Shown: positions 55,811 through 64,000 of the stretch, one piece after another
How the letters are laid out: every line of letters starts with the position of its first letter
Position numbering within the stretch: position 1 is the stretch's first letter
NCBI GenBank assembly: GCA_051650305.1
Contig: JBOFIT010000111.1
Coordinates: 39,782 to 103,781, forward strand
DNA length: 64,000 nt
Direction of reading: 5' to 3'
From: Cellulosilyticaceae bacterium
GTDB taxonomy: Bacteria > Bacillota > Clostridia > Lachnospirales > Cellulosilyticaceae
Translations under genes and position numbers: made by a program
Notes under the pieces: generated by a model
The model's database searches: none
What the model saw: only the letters and a program-made list of their open reading frames with translations
Told to the model about the DNA's origin: nothing

Positions 55811-56473
55811 ATGGCACAGATTAAGCAAGTGATCTTTGACTTAGATGGGACATTAGTCAATACAATAGAAGACTTAGGGACAAGTACCAATAAAGTGCTT
55901 GAAACATATCAGTATCCAACGCATCAGATGGAAGCTTACAAAAAGTTTGTAGGAAATGGTGCTTATAAATTGATTGAGAGAGCATTGCCTTTAGAAGCAA
56001 GAGAAGAAGAAACAATAACTGCATTAAAGGAAGCATTTGTGGCATACTATAGTGAGCATTTGACAGACTTTTCAAAGCCCTATGAAGGTGTGATGGAACT
56101 GCTAGAAATACTGGAAGAAAGAGGCGTTCAGATGGCTGTTGTTACCAATAAGCCACAAGAACAGGCAAGGTCATTGGTAGCGGCATGTTTTGGTAGTCGC
56201 TTTTTCAAGGAAGTAGTCGGTCAACAAGATGGCATACCTCATAAGCCTGATCCCACCAGTGTTTTAAGGCTTATAGAGCAAGGGAAGATAGAGCGAGGAG
56301 AAGTACTGTATATAGGTGATTCAGATGTGGATATGGAGACAGCTAAGAGAGCGGGTGTCTTCGGTGTGGGTGTAAGCTGGGGCTTTCGAACCACTGAGGA
56401 GTTACAGGCACATGGTGCCAATGTGGTCATCAATCATCCCAGTGAACTATTAAAATATTTAGATGGCCGATAA
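55811..56473 (+). CDS. HAD-superfamily hydrolase (phosphoglycolate phosphatase-like)
   Basis: VIFDLDGTLVNT motif I, VTNK motif II, GDSDVDM motif IV. Confidence 0.85.
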   Translation: MAQIKQVIFDLDGTLVNTIEDLGTSTNKVLETYQYPTHQMEAYKKFVGNGAYKLIERALPLEAREEETITALKEAFVAYYSEHLTDFSKPYEGVMELLEILEERGVQMAVVTNKPQEQARSLVAACFGSRFFKEVVGQQDGIPHKPDPTSVLRLIEQGKIERGEVLYIGDSDVDMETAKRAGVFGVGVSWGFRTTEELQAHGANVVINHPSELLKYLDGR

Positions 56474-56481
56474 AAACAATA

Positions 56482-56511
56482 TTGACACTTGTTATGTCTA
56501 TATGATAGTAT
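56482..56511 (+). promoter_or_regulatory. Sigma-A promoter of the pyr operon (extended -10)
   Basis: TTGACA (56482-56487), 15 nt, then TGA TAGTAT (TG at 56503-56504, -10 at 56506-56511). Confidence 0.55.
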
Positions 56512-56533
56512 AAATAACAGAAAATCAAATATA

Positions 56534-56732
56534 GCCTTTAAGCTTGGTCCCGTGAGGCCAAAAAGGAGAAAAACATGAAAAAGAATATTACATTAGCAAT
56601 AGCTTTAATTTTAGATAACTATAAACAATTATATACAAAGGTAAAAAAGATAACACTAAGTACAGCTGTCCCAATTTTCATACAAATGGACGGTTCTCTT
56701 CGTAGTTGTTTTTTATCCTTAAGCTTAAAGGC
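56534..56732 (+). promoter_or_regulatory. Long-range antiterminator pairing in the pyr leader
   Basis: GCCTTTAAGCTT (56534-56545) is the exact reverse complement of AAGCTTAAAGGC (56721-56732). The latter overlaps the 5' arm of the terminator and the former overlaps the PyrR-like hairpin. Confidence 0.55.
56535..56566 (+). promoter_or_regulatory. PyrR-binding-loop-like hairpin (anti-antiterminator) in the pyr leader
   Basis: Lower stem CCTTT/AAAGG, 4-nt bulge, upper stem TTGGTC/GGCCAA, loop CCGTGA. The core UCCCGUGAGG matches 8 of 10 positions of the B. subtilis PyrR-box core UCCAGAGAGG. The 3' arm contains the SD of the leader ORF. Confidence 0.55.
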
Positions 56733-56748
56733 GATAGAAAGTCACTGA
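56575..56748 (+). CDS. Putative 57-codon leader ORF within the pyr attenuator
   Basis: ATG 56575 lies 6 nt after AAGGAG. Reads MKKNITLAIALILDNYKQLYTKVKKITLSTAVPIFIQMDGSLRSCFLSLSLKAIESH. The TGA stop (56746-56748) sits in the apical part of the terminator hairpin. Below the 60-aa cutoff of the ORF track. Translation is unproven. Confidence 0.25.
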   Translation: MKKNITLAIALILDNYKQLYTKVKKITLSTAVPIFIQMDGSLRSCFLSLSLKAIESH

Positions 56749-56771
56749 CTTTTCTATTGCCTTTTTATTTT
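56727..56771 (+). terminator. Attenuator terminator of the pyr leader
   Basis: AAAGGCGATAGAAAGTC pairs with GACTTTTCTATTGCCTTT (one bulge, G-U pairs), followed by TTATTTT. Ends 21 nt before pyrB. Confidence 0.75.
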
Positions 56772-56791
56772 ATCAAAAAGGAAGGTGTACT

Positions 56792-57718
56792 ATGTTAAAA
56801 AACAAAGATTTACTAGGTATTCGTGATTTAGAAGTAAGTGAGATTATGAGCGTTTTAGAACTTGCTAAAGAAATGAAAAAGAAAATAACTGATAAAACAT
56901 TAAGAGAAGACAATTTAAAAGATCAGAGTATGATTACTTTGTTTTATGAAAATAGTACCCGTACCCGCGTGTCATTCAACATGGCAGGTATGTATCAAGG
57001 GATGCATGTGACAGACCTTGGTGTGGCGACGAGTAGTGTTCAAAAAGGTGAAACGTTAGTAGATACAGGTGTGACACTTGACCGCATGGGCATTGATTAT
57101 ATGGTCATCAGACATGGCTTAAGCGGTGCAGCACACCTACTAGGAAAAAATGTCAAAGCTTCAGTGATCAATGCTGGAGATGGCGCCAATGAGCATCCAA
57201 CCCAAGCACTACTGGATATGTACACAATGCTTGATAAAAAAGGAAGCTTTAAGGATTTAAATGTCACAATCGTAGGAGACATTGCTCATAGCCGAGTAGC
57301 TAGATCTAATGTGTTTGGTCTTACAAAACTAGGGGCGAATGTGACACTAGCAGGCTCAGGTACCCTTACTGCAAAGAGCATGGAGACACTAGGCGCACGT
57401 GTGACGACAGACATTCGCGATGCTATAAGTGGTGCAGATGTGGTGATGGGACTTCGTATCCAGATGGAACGCCAAAAAGGTGGACTCTTCCCAGACCTTC
57501 GTGAGTACAGTCAGATTTATGGTATTGATAAAGAGATGTTTGCCTTAGCGGATAAAGATGCAATCCTTATGCATCCAGCACCAGTAAACCGCGGTGTCGA
57601 ATTAATGCCAGAACTACTAGACAGTAAGGTAAGCGTCATCGATGAACAAGTGACAAATGGGGTAGCCGTAAGAATGGCAATACTAGCCCTCTTAAATGAA
57701 AGGAGAATGCAAAAATGA
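56792..57718 (+). CDS. pyrB: Aspartate carbamoyltransferase catalytic subunit
   Basis: ENSTRTR carbamoyl-phosphate motif, HPTQALLD, and HPAPVNRG. Confidence 0.95.
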   Translation: MLKNKDLLGIRDLEVSEIMSVLELAKEMKKKITDKTLREDNLKDQSMITLFYENSTRTRVSFNMAGMYQGMHVTDLGVATSSVQKGETLVDTGVTLDRMGIDYMVIRHGLSGAAHLLGKNVKASVINAGDGANEHPTQALLDMYTMLDKKGSFKDLNVTIVGDIAHSRVARSNVFGLTKLGANVTLAGSGTLTAKSMETLGARVTTDIRDAISGADVVMGLRIQMERQKGGLFPDLREYSQIYGIDKEMFALADKDAILMHPAPVNRGVELMPELLDSKVSVIDEQVTNGVAVRMAILALLNERRMQK

Positions 57719-58989
57719 AAAAATTAATTAAAAATGGCTTGGTTTTAAACCCAGCAACACAAATGGAAGAAGTAGCAGACATCCTTATAGAAGACGGTAA
57801 AATTGTAGCGATAGGCAAAGTAAGTGAACAAGTAGATGAAACGATAGATGCCAGTGGCAAATGGGTGGTACCAGGTCTTATTGACCTTCATGTACACTTA
57901 CGTGAGCCAGGGTTTGAACATAAAGAAACCATTGCCTCAGGATGTGAGGCGGCAGCAAAGGGCGGCTTTACCACAATCTGCTGTATGCCAAATACGAACC
58001 CAATCATCGACAATGAGTGCGTGGTAGCCTACATCAATACGATGGCAAGTCGTGCAAATGGTGTACACGTCCTACCAGTAGGGTCCATCACCAAAGGCCA
58101 AAAAGGTGAAAGCTTAGCAGGTATCGGTAAGATGGCAGAGCACGGCATTTGTGGTATCAGCGAAGATGGCCGTACAGTTATGGATGCAAGTATGATGAAA
58201 AAAGCCATGAGCTATGTAAAGCCATTCAACTTACCAATCTTCTCGCATACAGAAGACCACACACTAGCAGGTGGTGCCATGAACGGCGGTGAGAATGCAC
58301 AACTCTTTGGTATCAAAGGGATCGGACGTGAAGCTGAAGAAGTCATCGTGGCAAGAGATATCATCCTTGCACGTACCACAGGTGCGAAACTTCACTTATC
58401 ACACATCAGTACAAAAGGAAGCTTAGAGCTTATCCATATGGCAAAGACAGTATGGGGCATGACAAACCTTACAGCAGAGACAGCGCCACACTACTTTATC
58501 TTAGATGACAGCATTTTAGGTGACTACGATACAAACAAGAAGATGAACCCACCACTTCGTACCAAAGACGATGTGGAAGCGATGAAAAAAGCCATTAAAG
58601 ACGGTGTCATTGATGTGATCGCTACAGACCATGCACCACACCACTACGATGAGAAAAACGTTGAGTTTGAAAAAGCACCATTTGGTATCGTAGGCCTTGA
58701 AACGAGCTTTGGCCTTAGCTACACATACCTTGTAAAGACAGGTATCTTAAGCCCACTAGAGCTTATCGAGAAGATGAGTACAAAACCAGCAGAGATACTA
58801 GGTGGCAACAAAGGTCGCTTAGAAGTAGGTTGTGAGGCAGATTTAGCTATTATCGATGTCAGTACACCTTACGCAATCGATAAAGAAAGCTTCGTATCAA
58901 AAGGTAAGAATACACCATTCCATGGCATGGAAGTCTACGGCGATGTGGTATGTACTATGGTGTCGGGAAATGTTGTTTATAAAAAATAA
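57715..58989 (+). CDS. pyrC: Dihydroorotase
   Basis: DLHVHLREPG metal-binding motif and ATDHAPH. ATGA overlap with pyrB. Confidence 0.93.
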   Translation: MKKLIKNGLVLNPATQMEEVADILIEDGKIVAIGKVSEQVDETIDASGKWVVPGLIDLHVHLREPGFEHKETIASGCEAAAKGGFTTICCMPNTNPIIDNECVVAYINTMASRANGVHVLPVGSITKGQKGESLAGIGKMAEHGICGISEDGRTVMDASMMKKAMSYVKPFNLPIFSHTEDHTLAGGAMNGGENAQLFGIKGIGREAEEVIVARDIILARTTGAKLHLSHISTKGSLELIHMAKTVWGMTNLTAETAPHYFILDDSILGDYDTNKKMNPPLRTKDDVEAMKKAIKDGVIDVIATDHAPHHYDEKNVEFEKAPFGIVGLETSFGLSYTYLVKTGILSPLELIEKMSTKPAEILGGNKGRLEVGCEADLAIIDVSTPYAIDKESFVSKGKNTPFHGMEVYGDVVCTMVSGNVVYKK

Positions 58990-59083
58990 TTAAAAGAATA
59001 AATATTACAACTATTGAATAAAAATTCAAAAAAGAGTAAAATGAAAATAAGAGAACATTTAAAAGGAAAAAGGAGATTTCAAA

Positions 59084-59998
59084 ATGATTGATAGACTAAT
59101 AACAAAAATTAAACAAGTACAAAACCCAACAGTGGTAGGTTTAGATCCTACTTATGCTATGATTCCAAACTTTATCAAAGAAGAAATGCTTGATAAATAC
59201 GGCAAGACACCAAAGGCAGTAGCAGAAATGTTTATTAAGTTTAATAAAGCAATCATTGATGAAGTACATGACCTTATTCCAGCAGTTAAACCACAGGTTG
59301 CTATGTATGAGCAATACGGCTTAGAAGGTTTACGTGCTTATATGGAGACATGTCAGTATGCAAGAGAAAAAGACCTAGTGGTTATTGGCGATATCAAAAG
59401 AGGTGACATCGCATCAACAGCAGCTGCTTATGCAGGACATATTGCAGGTGTAGAAATCGAAGGTGAACACTTCGACTTATGGGCAGAAGATGCAGTAACA
59501 CTAAACCCATACATGGGCTTTGATGGAATCGAGCCTTTCATTAGTGCATGTAACGAGATGGACCGCGGGTTATTCATCCTAGTAAAGACAAGTAACCCAA
59601 GTAGTAGCGAACTTCAAGACTTAGAAATAGAAGGCACACCAATCTACGATTACACAGCAGACCTTGTATCAGCTTGGGGTGAAATGAGCATGGGTGAGAT
59701 GGGTTATAGCCGTGTAGGTGCTGTAGTAGGTGCGACACATCCACAACAAGGTGCAGAGTTACGTAAGCGTATGCCACATACATTCTTCTTAGTACCAGGC
59801 TACGGTGCACAAGGTGGAACAGCTGAAGACTTAAAAGGCTTCTTCGACAAAGATGGTGTGGGATGTATCATTAACTCTTCAAGAGGCATCATCGCAGCTT
59901 ACAAAAACGATAGTGAGTTTGGGGAAACTGAATTTGCAAAAGCTTCAAGAAAAGCAGTAATCGCAATGAAAAATGACTTACAAGGAGTGATGGGTTAA
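59084..59998 (+). CDS. pyrF: Orotidine 5'-phosphate decarboxylase (long, type 2 form)
   Basis: VVGLDP, GDIKRGDI (catalytic Lys/Asp) and VPGYGAQGG motifs. 304 aa. Confidence 0.9.
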   Translation: MIDRLITKIKQVQNPTVVGLDPTYAMIPNFIKEEMLDKYGKTPKAVAEMFIKFNKAIIDEVHDLIPAVKPQVAMYEQYGLEGLRAYMETCQYAREKDLVVIGDIKRGDIASTAAAYAGHIAGVEIEGEHFDLWAEDAVTLNPYMGFDGIEPFISACNEMDRGLFILVKTSNPSSSELQDLEIEGTPIYDYTADLVSAWGEMSMGEMGYSRVGAVVGATHPQQGAELRKRMPHTFFLVPGYGAQGGTAEDLKGFFDKDGVGCIINSSRGIIAAYKNDSEFGETEFAKASRKAVIAMKNDLQGVMG

Positions 59999-59999
59999 G

Positions 60000-61061
60000 A
60001 TGAAAGCACAATTAATATTAGAAAATGGTATGGTATTTGAAGGTAAAGCCTTCGGATACCTTAAAGAAACAATCGGAGAGGTAGTCTTCAATACAGGGAT
60101 GACAGGCTACCAAGAAATTCTTACAGACCCTTCATACTACGGTCAAATGGTTGTTATGACTTATCCACTTGTAGGAAACTACGGGATCAACTTAGAAGAT
60201 ATGGAGTCAGGGAAAGCACACGTAAGAGCATTTATCGTACGTGAGAAAAGCGACTTCCCAAACAACTTCCGTTGTGAACTTACATTAGATGGCTACTTGA
60301 AAGCACAGAAAATCATTGGCCTTGAAGGTATCGATACACGTGCTCTTACAAAGGTACTTCGTAACCACGGGACAATGCGTGCCATCATTGCAGTAAGAGA
60401 GCTTACACCGAGCCAAGTAAAACTTAAGATCGATAGCTTCTGTAACCAACAAGCGGTATCAGAAGTAACAACAAAAGAAGTGTACACAGTAGAAGGTAAA
60501 GGCATCCATGTAGCGATGATCGACTGTGGGATGAAGCAAAATATCGTACGTTCATTCGCAGAACGTGGATGCAAGCTTACAGTATTCCCATACACAGCAA
60601 CTGCAGAAGAAATCTTAGCAGTAAATCCAGACGGTCTTTTCTTATCAAATGGACCAGCGGATCCAAAAGATGTACCGACTGTTGTTGAGACAGTAAAAAC
60701 ACTTGTAGGCAAGATGCCAATTACAGCGATCTGCCTTGGTCACCAACTTTTATCATTAGCATTAGGTGGGGATACAGCGAAGCTTAAGTTCGGTCACCAC
60801 GGATGTAACCACCCAGTTAAAGACTTTGTATCAAACAGAGTATACATCACATCACAAAACCACAACTACTATGTAAGCACACTTCCAGAAGGTGCAGTGG
60901 TTACACATACAAACTTAAATGATAATACAGTAGAAGGTATGTACTTCAAAGATTTAGATATTTACAGTGTGCAGTTCCACCCAGAAGCATGTCCAGGGCC
61001 TACAGACACAGCACACATTTTTGATGAATTTATTCGCGTAATGCAAGGAGGTAAACTATAA
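60000..61061 (+). CDS. carA: Carbamoyl-phosphate synthase small (glutaminase) subunit
   Basis: [18 protein letters not shown]-domain, catalytic Cys context ICLGHQ, and VQFHPEA. Confidence 0.95.
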   Translation: MKAQLILENGMVFEGKAFGYLKETIGEVVFNTGMTGYQEILTDPSYYGQMVVMTYPLVGNYGINLEDMESGKAHVRAFIVREKSDFPNNFRCELTLDGYLKAQKIIGLEGIDTRALTKVLRNHGTMRAIIAVRELTPSQVKLKIDSFCNQQAVSEVTTKEVYTVEGKGIHVAMIDCGMKQNIVRSFAERGCKLTVFPYTATAEEILAVNPDGLFLSNGPADPKDVPTVVETVKTLVGKMPITAICLGHQLLSLALGGDTAKLKFGHHGCNHPVKDFVSNRVYITSQNHNYYVSTLPEGAVVTHTNLNDNTVEGMYFKDLDIYSVQFHPEACPGPTDTAHIFDEFIRVMQGGKL

Positions 61062-64000
61062 TGCCAAGAGATATGAGCATCAAGAAAGTACTAGTAATCG
61101 GATCAGGTCCAATCGTTATCGGGCAAGCAGCAGAGTTTGACTACTCTGGAACACAAGCGTGCCAAGCTATTCGTGAAGAAGGCATTGAAGTAGTCCTTGT
61201 AAACAGTAACCCAGCTACAATCATGACAGACAAAGAAATCGCAGATAAAATCTACATAGAGCCACTAACTGCGGAGTTCTTAGAGAAAGTAATCGCAAAA
61301 GAGCGCCCAGACAGTGTACTTGCAGGTGTAGGTGGTCAGACAGGACTTAACCTTGCAGTAGAACTTCATGATAAAGGTATCTTAGAAAAGTACAACGTAC
61401 GTGTAATCGGTACACAAATCGACGCCATCAAAGAAGGGGAAGACCGTGAGCTTTTCCGCGCACTGATGGATCGTATCAACCAACCAGTTATCGAAAGTGA
61501 AATCGTAGAGACTGTAGAAGATGCAGTAACATTTGCGAGAAAGATTGGTTACCCAGTAGTTGTAAGACCAGCGTACACACTTGGAGGTACAGGTGGTGGT
61601 ATCGCAGAAACAGAAGCAGAGCTTCGTGAGATTTCAGCAAGTGGTATCCACTTATCACGTGTAAACCAAGTACTTATCGAAAAATGTATCAAAGGTTGGA
61701 AAGAGATTGAGTACGAAGTAATGCGTGACCAATACGGTACAGTAATCACTGTATGTAACATGGAAAACATCGACCCTGTAGGTATCCACACAGGCGATAG
61801 TATCGTAGTCGCACCATCTCAAACACTTTCAGATAGAGAATACCAAATGCTACGTCGTGCATCATTAGATATCATCTCAGCATGTGATATCCGTGGAGGA
61901 TGTAACGTACAGTTAGCACTTCACCCAGATAGCTTCGAATACGCAGTCATCGAGATCAACCCTCGTGTAAGCCGTTCTTCAGCCCTAGCTTCAAAAGCGA
62001 CAGGTTACCCAATCGCACGTGTATCTGCAAAGATCGCACTTGGCTACGGCTTAGATGAAATCAAAAATGCAGTAACAGGTAAGACATACGCTTGTTTCGA
62101 GCCTACATTAGACTACGTAGTCGTAAAGATTCCAAAATGGCCATTCGATAAGTTCTACACAGCGAAGCGTACACTAGGAACAAAGATGATGGCGACAGGT
62201 GAGATCATGGCTATCGGAAACAACTTCGAGAGTGCCTTCCTAAAAGGTCTTCGTTCACTAGAGATTGGACAGTTCAGCTTCAAACATAAGAAACTTGATG
62301 ACTGTACATTAGAAGAACTAAAAGAACGCGTGGTAACTGCAGATGATGAGCGTATCTTCGCACTAGCAGCCATGCTTCGTATGCACTACCGCGAAGAACA
62401 AGTATGCAAAATCACAGGCATGGATATCTTCTTCGTGAAGAAGTTCAAGTGGATTGTAGAGCAAGAAGAAATACTTAAAGAAATGGAATACGAAGACTTA
62501 ACACCTAAGTACCTTCGTAAACTTAAGCGCAGAGGCTTCGCAGATAAGGCGATTGCAGAGTTTATCGGTGTATCAGAAGATGACATCCGCGAACTTCGCA
62601 TCAAGTGGAGCATCATGCCAGTATACAAAATGGTAGATACATGTGGTGGTGAGTTCGAAGCAGAGTCACCATACTACTACTCAACATACGACACCATCGA
62701 TGAAGTAGAAGTAAGTGATAAAGAAAAAATTATGGTTATGGGTTCAGGTCCGATCCGTATCGGTCAAGGAATTGAGTTCGACTACTGTTCAGTACATGCG
62801 ATCATGGCACTTAGAAAACGTGGTATCGAGACAATCATCGTCAACAACAACCCTGAAACTGTAAGTACAGACTTCAACACTTCAGATAAGCTTTACTTCG
62901 AACCATTAACAGATGAAGATGTATACCATATCGTTATGAAAGAAAATCCAAAAGGCGTTATCCTTCAGTTCGGTGGTCAAACAGCGATTAAACTTGCAAA
63001 ATTCTGCGAGAAAATGAATATCCCAGTACTTGGTACACAACCAAAGCAAGTGGATGCAGCTGAAGACCGCGAGAAGTTCGATGAAATCCTTGAGAAACTT
63101 CATATCAAACGTCCAAAAGGTAAGGCAATCTGGTCTATAGAAGAAGGCTTAAAGGTAGCAGCAGAACTTGAGTACCCAGTACTTGTACGTCCTTCATATG
63201 TACTTGGTGGTCAAGGTATGGAGATTACCTTCGAAGAAGAGCAACTCAAGCGTTACTTAGTGAATGCGTTCGATCGTGACCCAGAAAACCCAGTACTTAT
63301 CGATAGATACTTAATGGGACGTGAAATCGAAGTCGATGCTATCTGCGATGGTACAGACATCTTAATACCAGGTATTATGGAGCATTTAGAGCGTGCAGGT
63401 ATCCACTCAGGAGACAGTACCACAATCTTCCCAAGTGTCAATATCTCAGATCGTATCAAAGAGAAAATCATCGAGTGTACACGTCTTCTTGCAAATGAAC
63501 TAGAAGTTATGGGTATGATTAACATCCAGTACATCGAGTACAAAAACGAGCTTTATATCATCGAAGTCAACCCACGTTCAAGCCGTACAGTACCATATAT
63601 CTCAAAAGTAACCGATGTACCAATCATCGACCTTGCAACACGCGTGATGCTTGGCGAGAAGTTAGCAGAGATGGAATACGGCACAGGTCTTTACCCAGAA
63701 CCAGAGAACTTCTATGCGGTAAAAGTACCAGTATTCTCTACAGAGAAGCTTCCAAGAGTAGAAGTAAGCCTTGGGCCAGAAATGAAGTCTACAGGAGAAG
63801 TACTTGGTGTAGGTAGCACAGTAGAAGAAGCACTTTACAAAGGCTTTATCGCAGCAGGTAAGAAACTTCCAAGTGAGAAGGGTACAATCCTTGCAACGAT
63901 TCAAAAATACGACCAAGATGAGTTCGTAGCCATTGCGAAGCGTTTCCACAAGCTAGGCTATGATTTTGTGGCAACAGAAGGTACAGCACTTAAGCTTAAA
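61061..64000 (+). CDS. carB: Carbamoyl-phosphate synthase large subunit (3' end outside window)
   Basis: Read directly from the sequence: [35 protein letters not shown] overlap with carA. The frame stays open for 980 codons to the window edge. It is absent from the ORF track, presumably because it has no stop codon in the window. Confidence 0.95.
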   Translation, partial: MPRDMSIKKVLVIGSGPIVIGQAAEFDYSGTQACQAIREEGIEVVLVNSNPATIMTDKEIADKIYIEPLTAEFLEKVIAKERPDSVLAGVGGQTGLNLAVELHDKGILEKYNVRVIGTQIDAIKEGEDRELFRALMDRINQPVIESEIVETVEDAVTFARKIGYPVVVRPAYTLGGTGGGIAETEAELREISASGIHLSRVNQVLIEKCIKGWKEIEYEVMRDQYGTVITVCNMENIDPVGIHTGDSIVVAPSQTLSDREYQMLRRASLDIISACDIRGGCNVQLALHPDSFEYAVIEINPRVSRSSALASKATGYPIARVSAKIALGYGLDEIKNAVTGKTYACFEPTLDYVVVKIPKWPFDKFYTAKRTLGTKMMATGEIMAIGNNFESAFLKGLRSLEIGQFSFKHKKLDDCTLEELKERVVTADDERIFALAAMLRMHYREEQVCKITGMDIFFVKKFKWIVEQEEILKEMEYEDLTPKYLRKLKRRGFADKAIAEFIGVSEDDIRELRIKWSIMPVYKMVDTCGGEFEAESPYYYSTYDTIDEVEVSDKEKIMVMGSGPIRIGQGIEFDYCSVHAIMALRKRGIETIIVNNNPETVSTDFNTSDKLYFEPLTDEDVYHIVMKENPKGVILQFGGQTAIKLAKFCEKMNIPVLGTQPKQVDAAEDREKFDEILEKLHIKRPKGKAIWSIEEGLKVAAELEYPVLVRPSYVLGGQGMEITFEEEQLKRYLVNAFDRDPENPVLIDRYLMGREIEVDAICDGTDILIPGIMEHLERAGIHSGDSTTIFPSVNISDRIKEKIIECTRLLANELEVMGMINIQYIEYKNELYIIEVNPRSSRTVPYISKVTDVPIIDLATRVMLGEKLAEMEYGTGLYPEPENFYAVKVPVFSTEKLPRVEVSLGPEMKSTGEVLGVGSTVEEALYKGFIAAGKKLPSEKGTILATIQKYDQDEFVAIAKRFHKLGYDFVATEGTALKLK

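Noticed and set aside
60293-60712. 139-aa minus-strand ORF antisense to carA
   Set aside because: It lies entirely within the conserved carA gene and has no start context. Its Ser/Thr/Val-rich composition is typical of antisense frames.
61549-63949. Several 65-96-aa minus-strand ORFs listed in the track where no plus-strand ORF is listed
   Set aside because: The plus strand is an unbroken carB reading frame (980 codons to the window edge), apparently omitted from the track only because it lacks a stop. The minus-strand ORFs are antisense artefacts.
1-64000. Search for CRISPR arrays, tRNA/rRNA genes, transposases, integrases and prophage modules
   Set aside because: Intergenic regions are short (at most about 320 bp) and AT-rich, with no spaced direct repeats or cloverleaf-like GC-rich segments. 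No ORF shows DDE, tyrosine-recombinase or serine-recombinase motifs.

Overview
The window looks like a compact chromosomal segment from a spore-forming Firmicute, probably class Clostridia. That assignment is an inference from the prkA-yhbH-spoVR triad, recU, strong AAGGAGG-type ribosome-binding sites and mid-40s % GC. I support about 58 protein-coding genes. I found no rRNA, tRNA, CRISPR array, transposase or integrase. In order, the window contains: the end of an opp peptide ABC operon; an iron/cobalamin-type ABC binding protein and permease; a three-subunit xanthine-dehydrogenase-family molybdoenzyme with mocA and xpt; an AT-rich gene for a tandem C1q/BclA-like protein; a 12.4-kb sugar-nucleotide and glycosyltransferase island with no export or polymerisation genes; a protein with a His/Cys-rich tail; glgB; argG-argH; a DUF624 gene and metY; housekeeping genes (M16C peptidase, SDR, RluA, recU); prkA-yhbH-spoVR; a CorA-like protein; pepF; a dppA-PHP-cobC-cobS-cobT operon; a lone low-GC ABC/SMC-like ATPase; a HAD phosphatase; and pyrB-pyrC-pyrF-carA-carB behind a PyrR-type attenuator. 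No canonical defence system or mobile element is visible. The candidates most worth follow-up are: (1) the export-less, sps-like glycan island next to the C1q-like tandem-domain protein; (2) the orphan ABC-type ATPase inserted between cobT and the HAD gene; (3) the pyr leader, which carries a 57-codon ORF threaded through the attenuator; (4) the 517-aa protein with a repeated His/Cys tail; (5) the in-frame NTPase-lipoprotein fusion. All family assignments come from motif recognition by eye. No database search was run.
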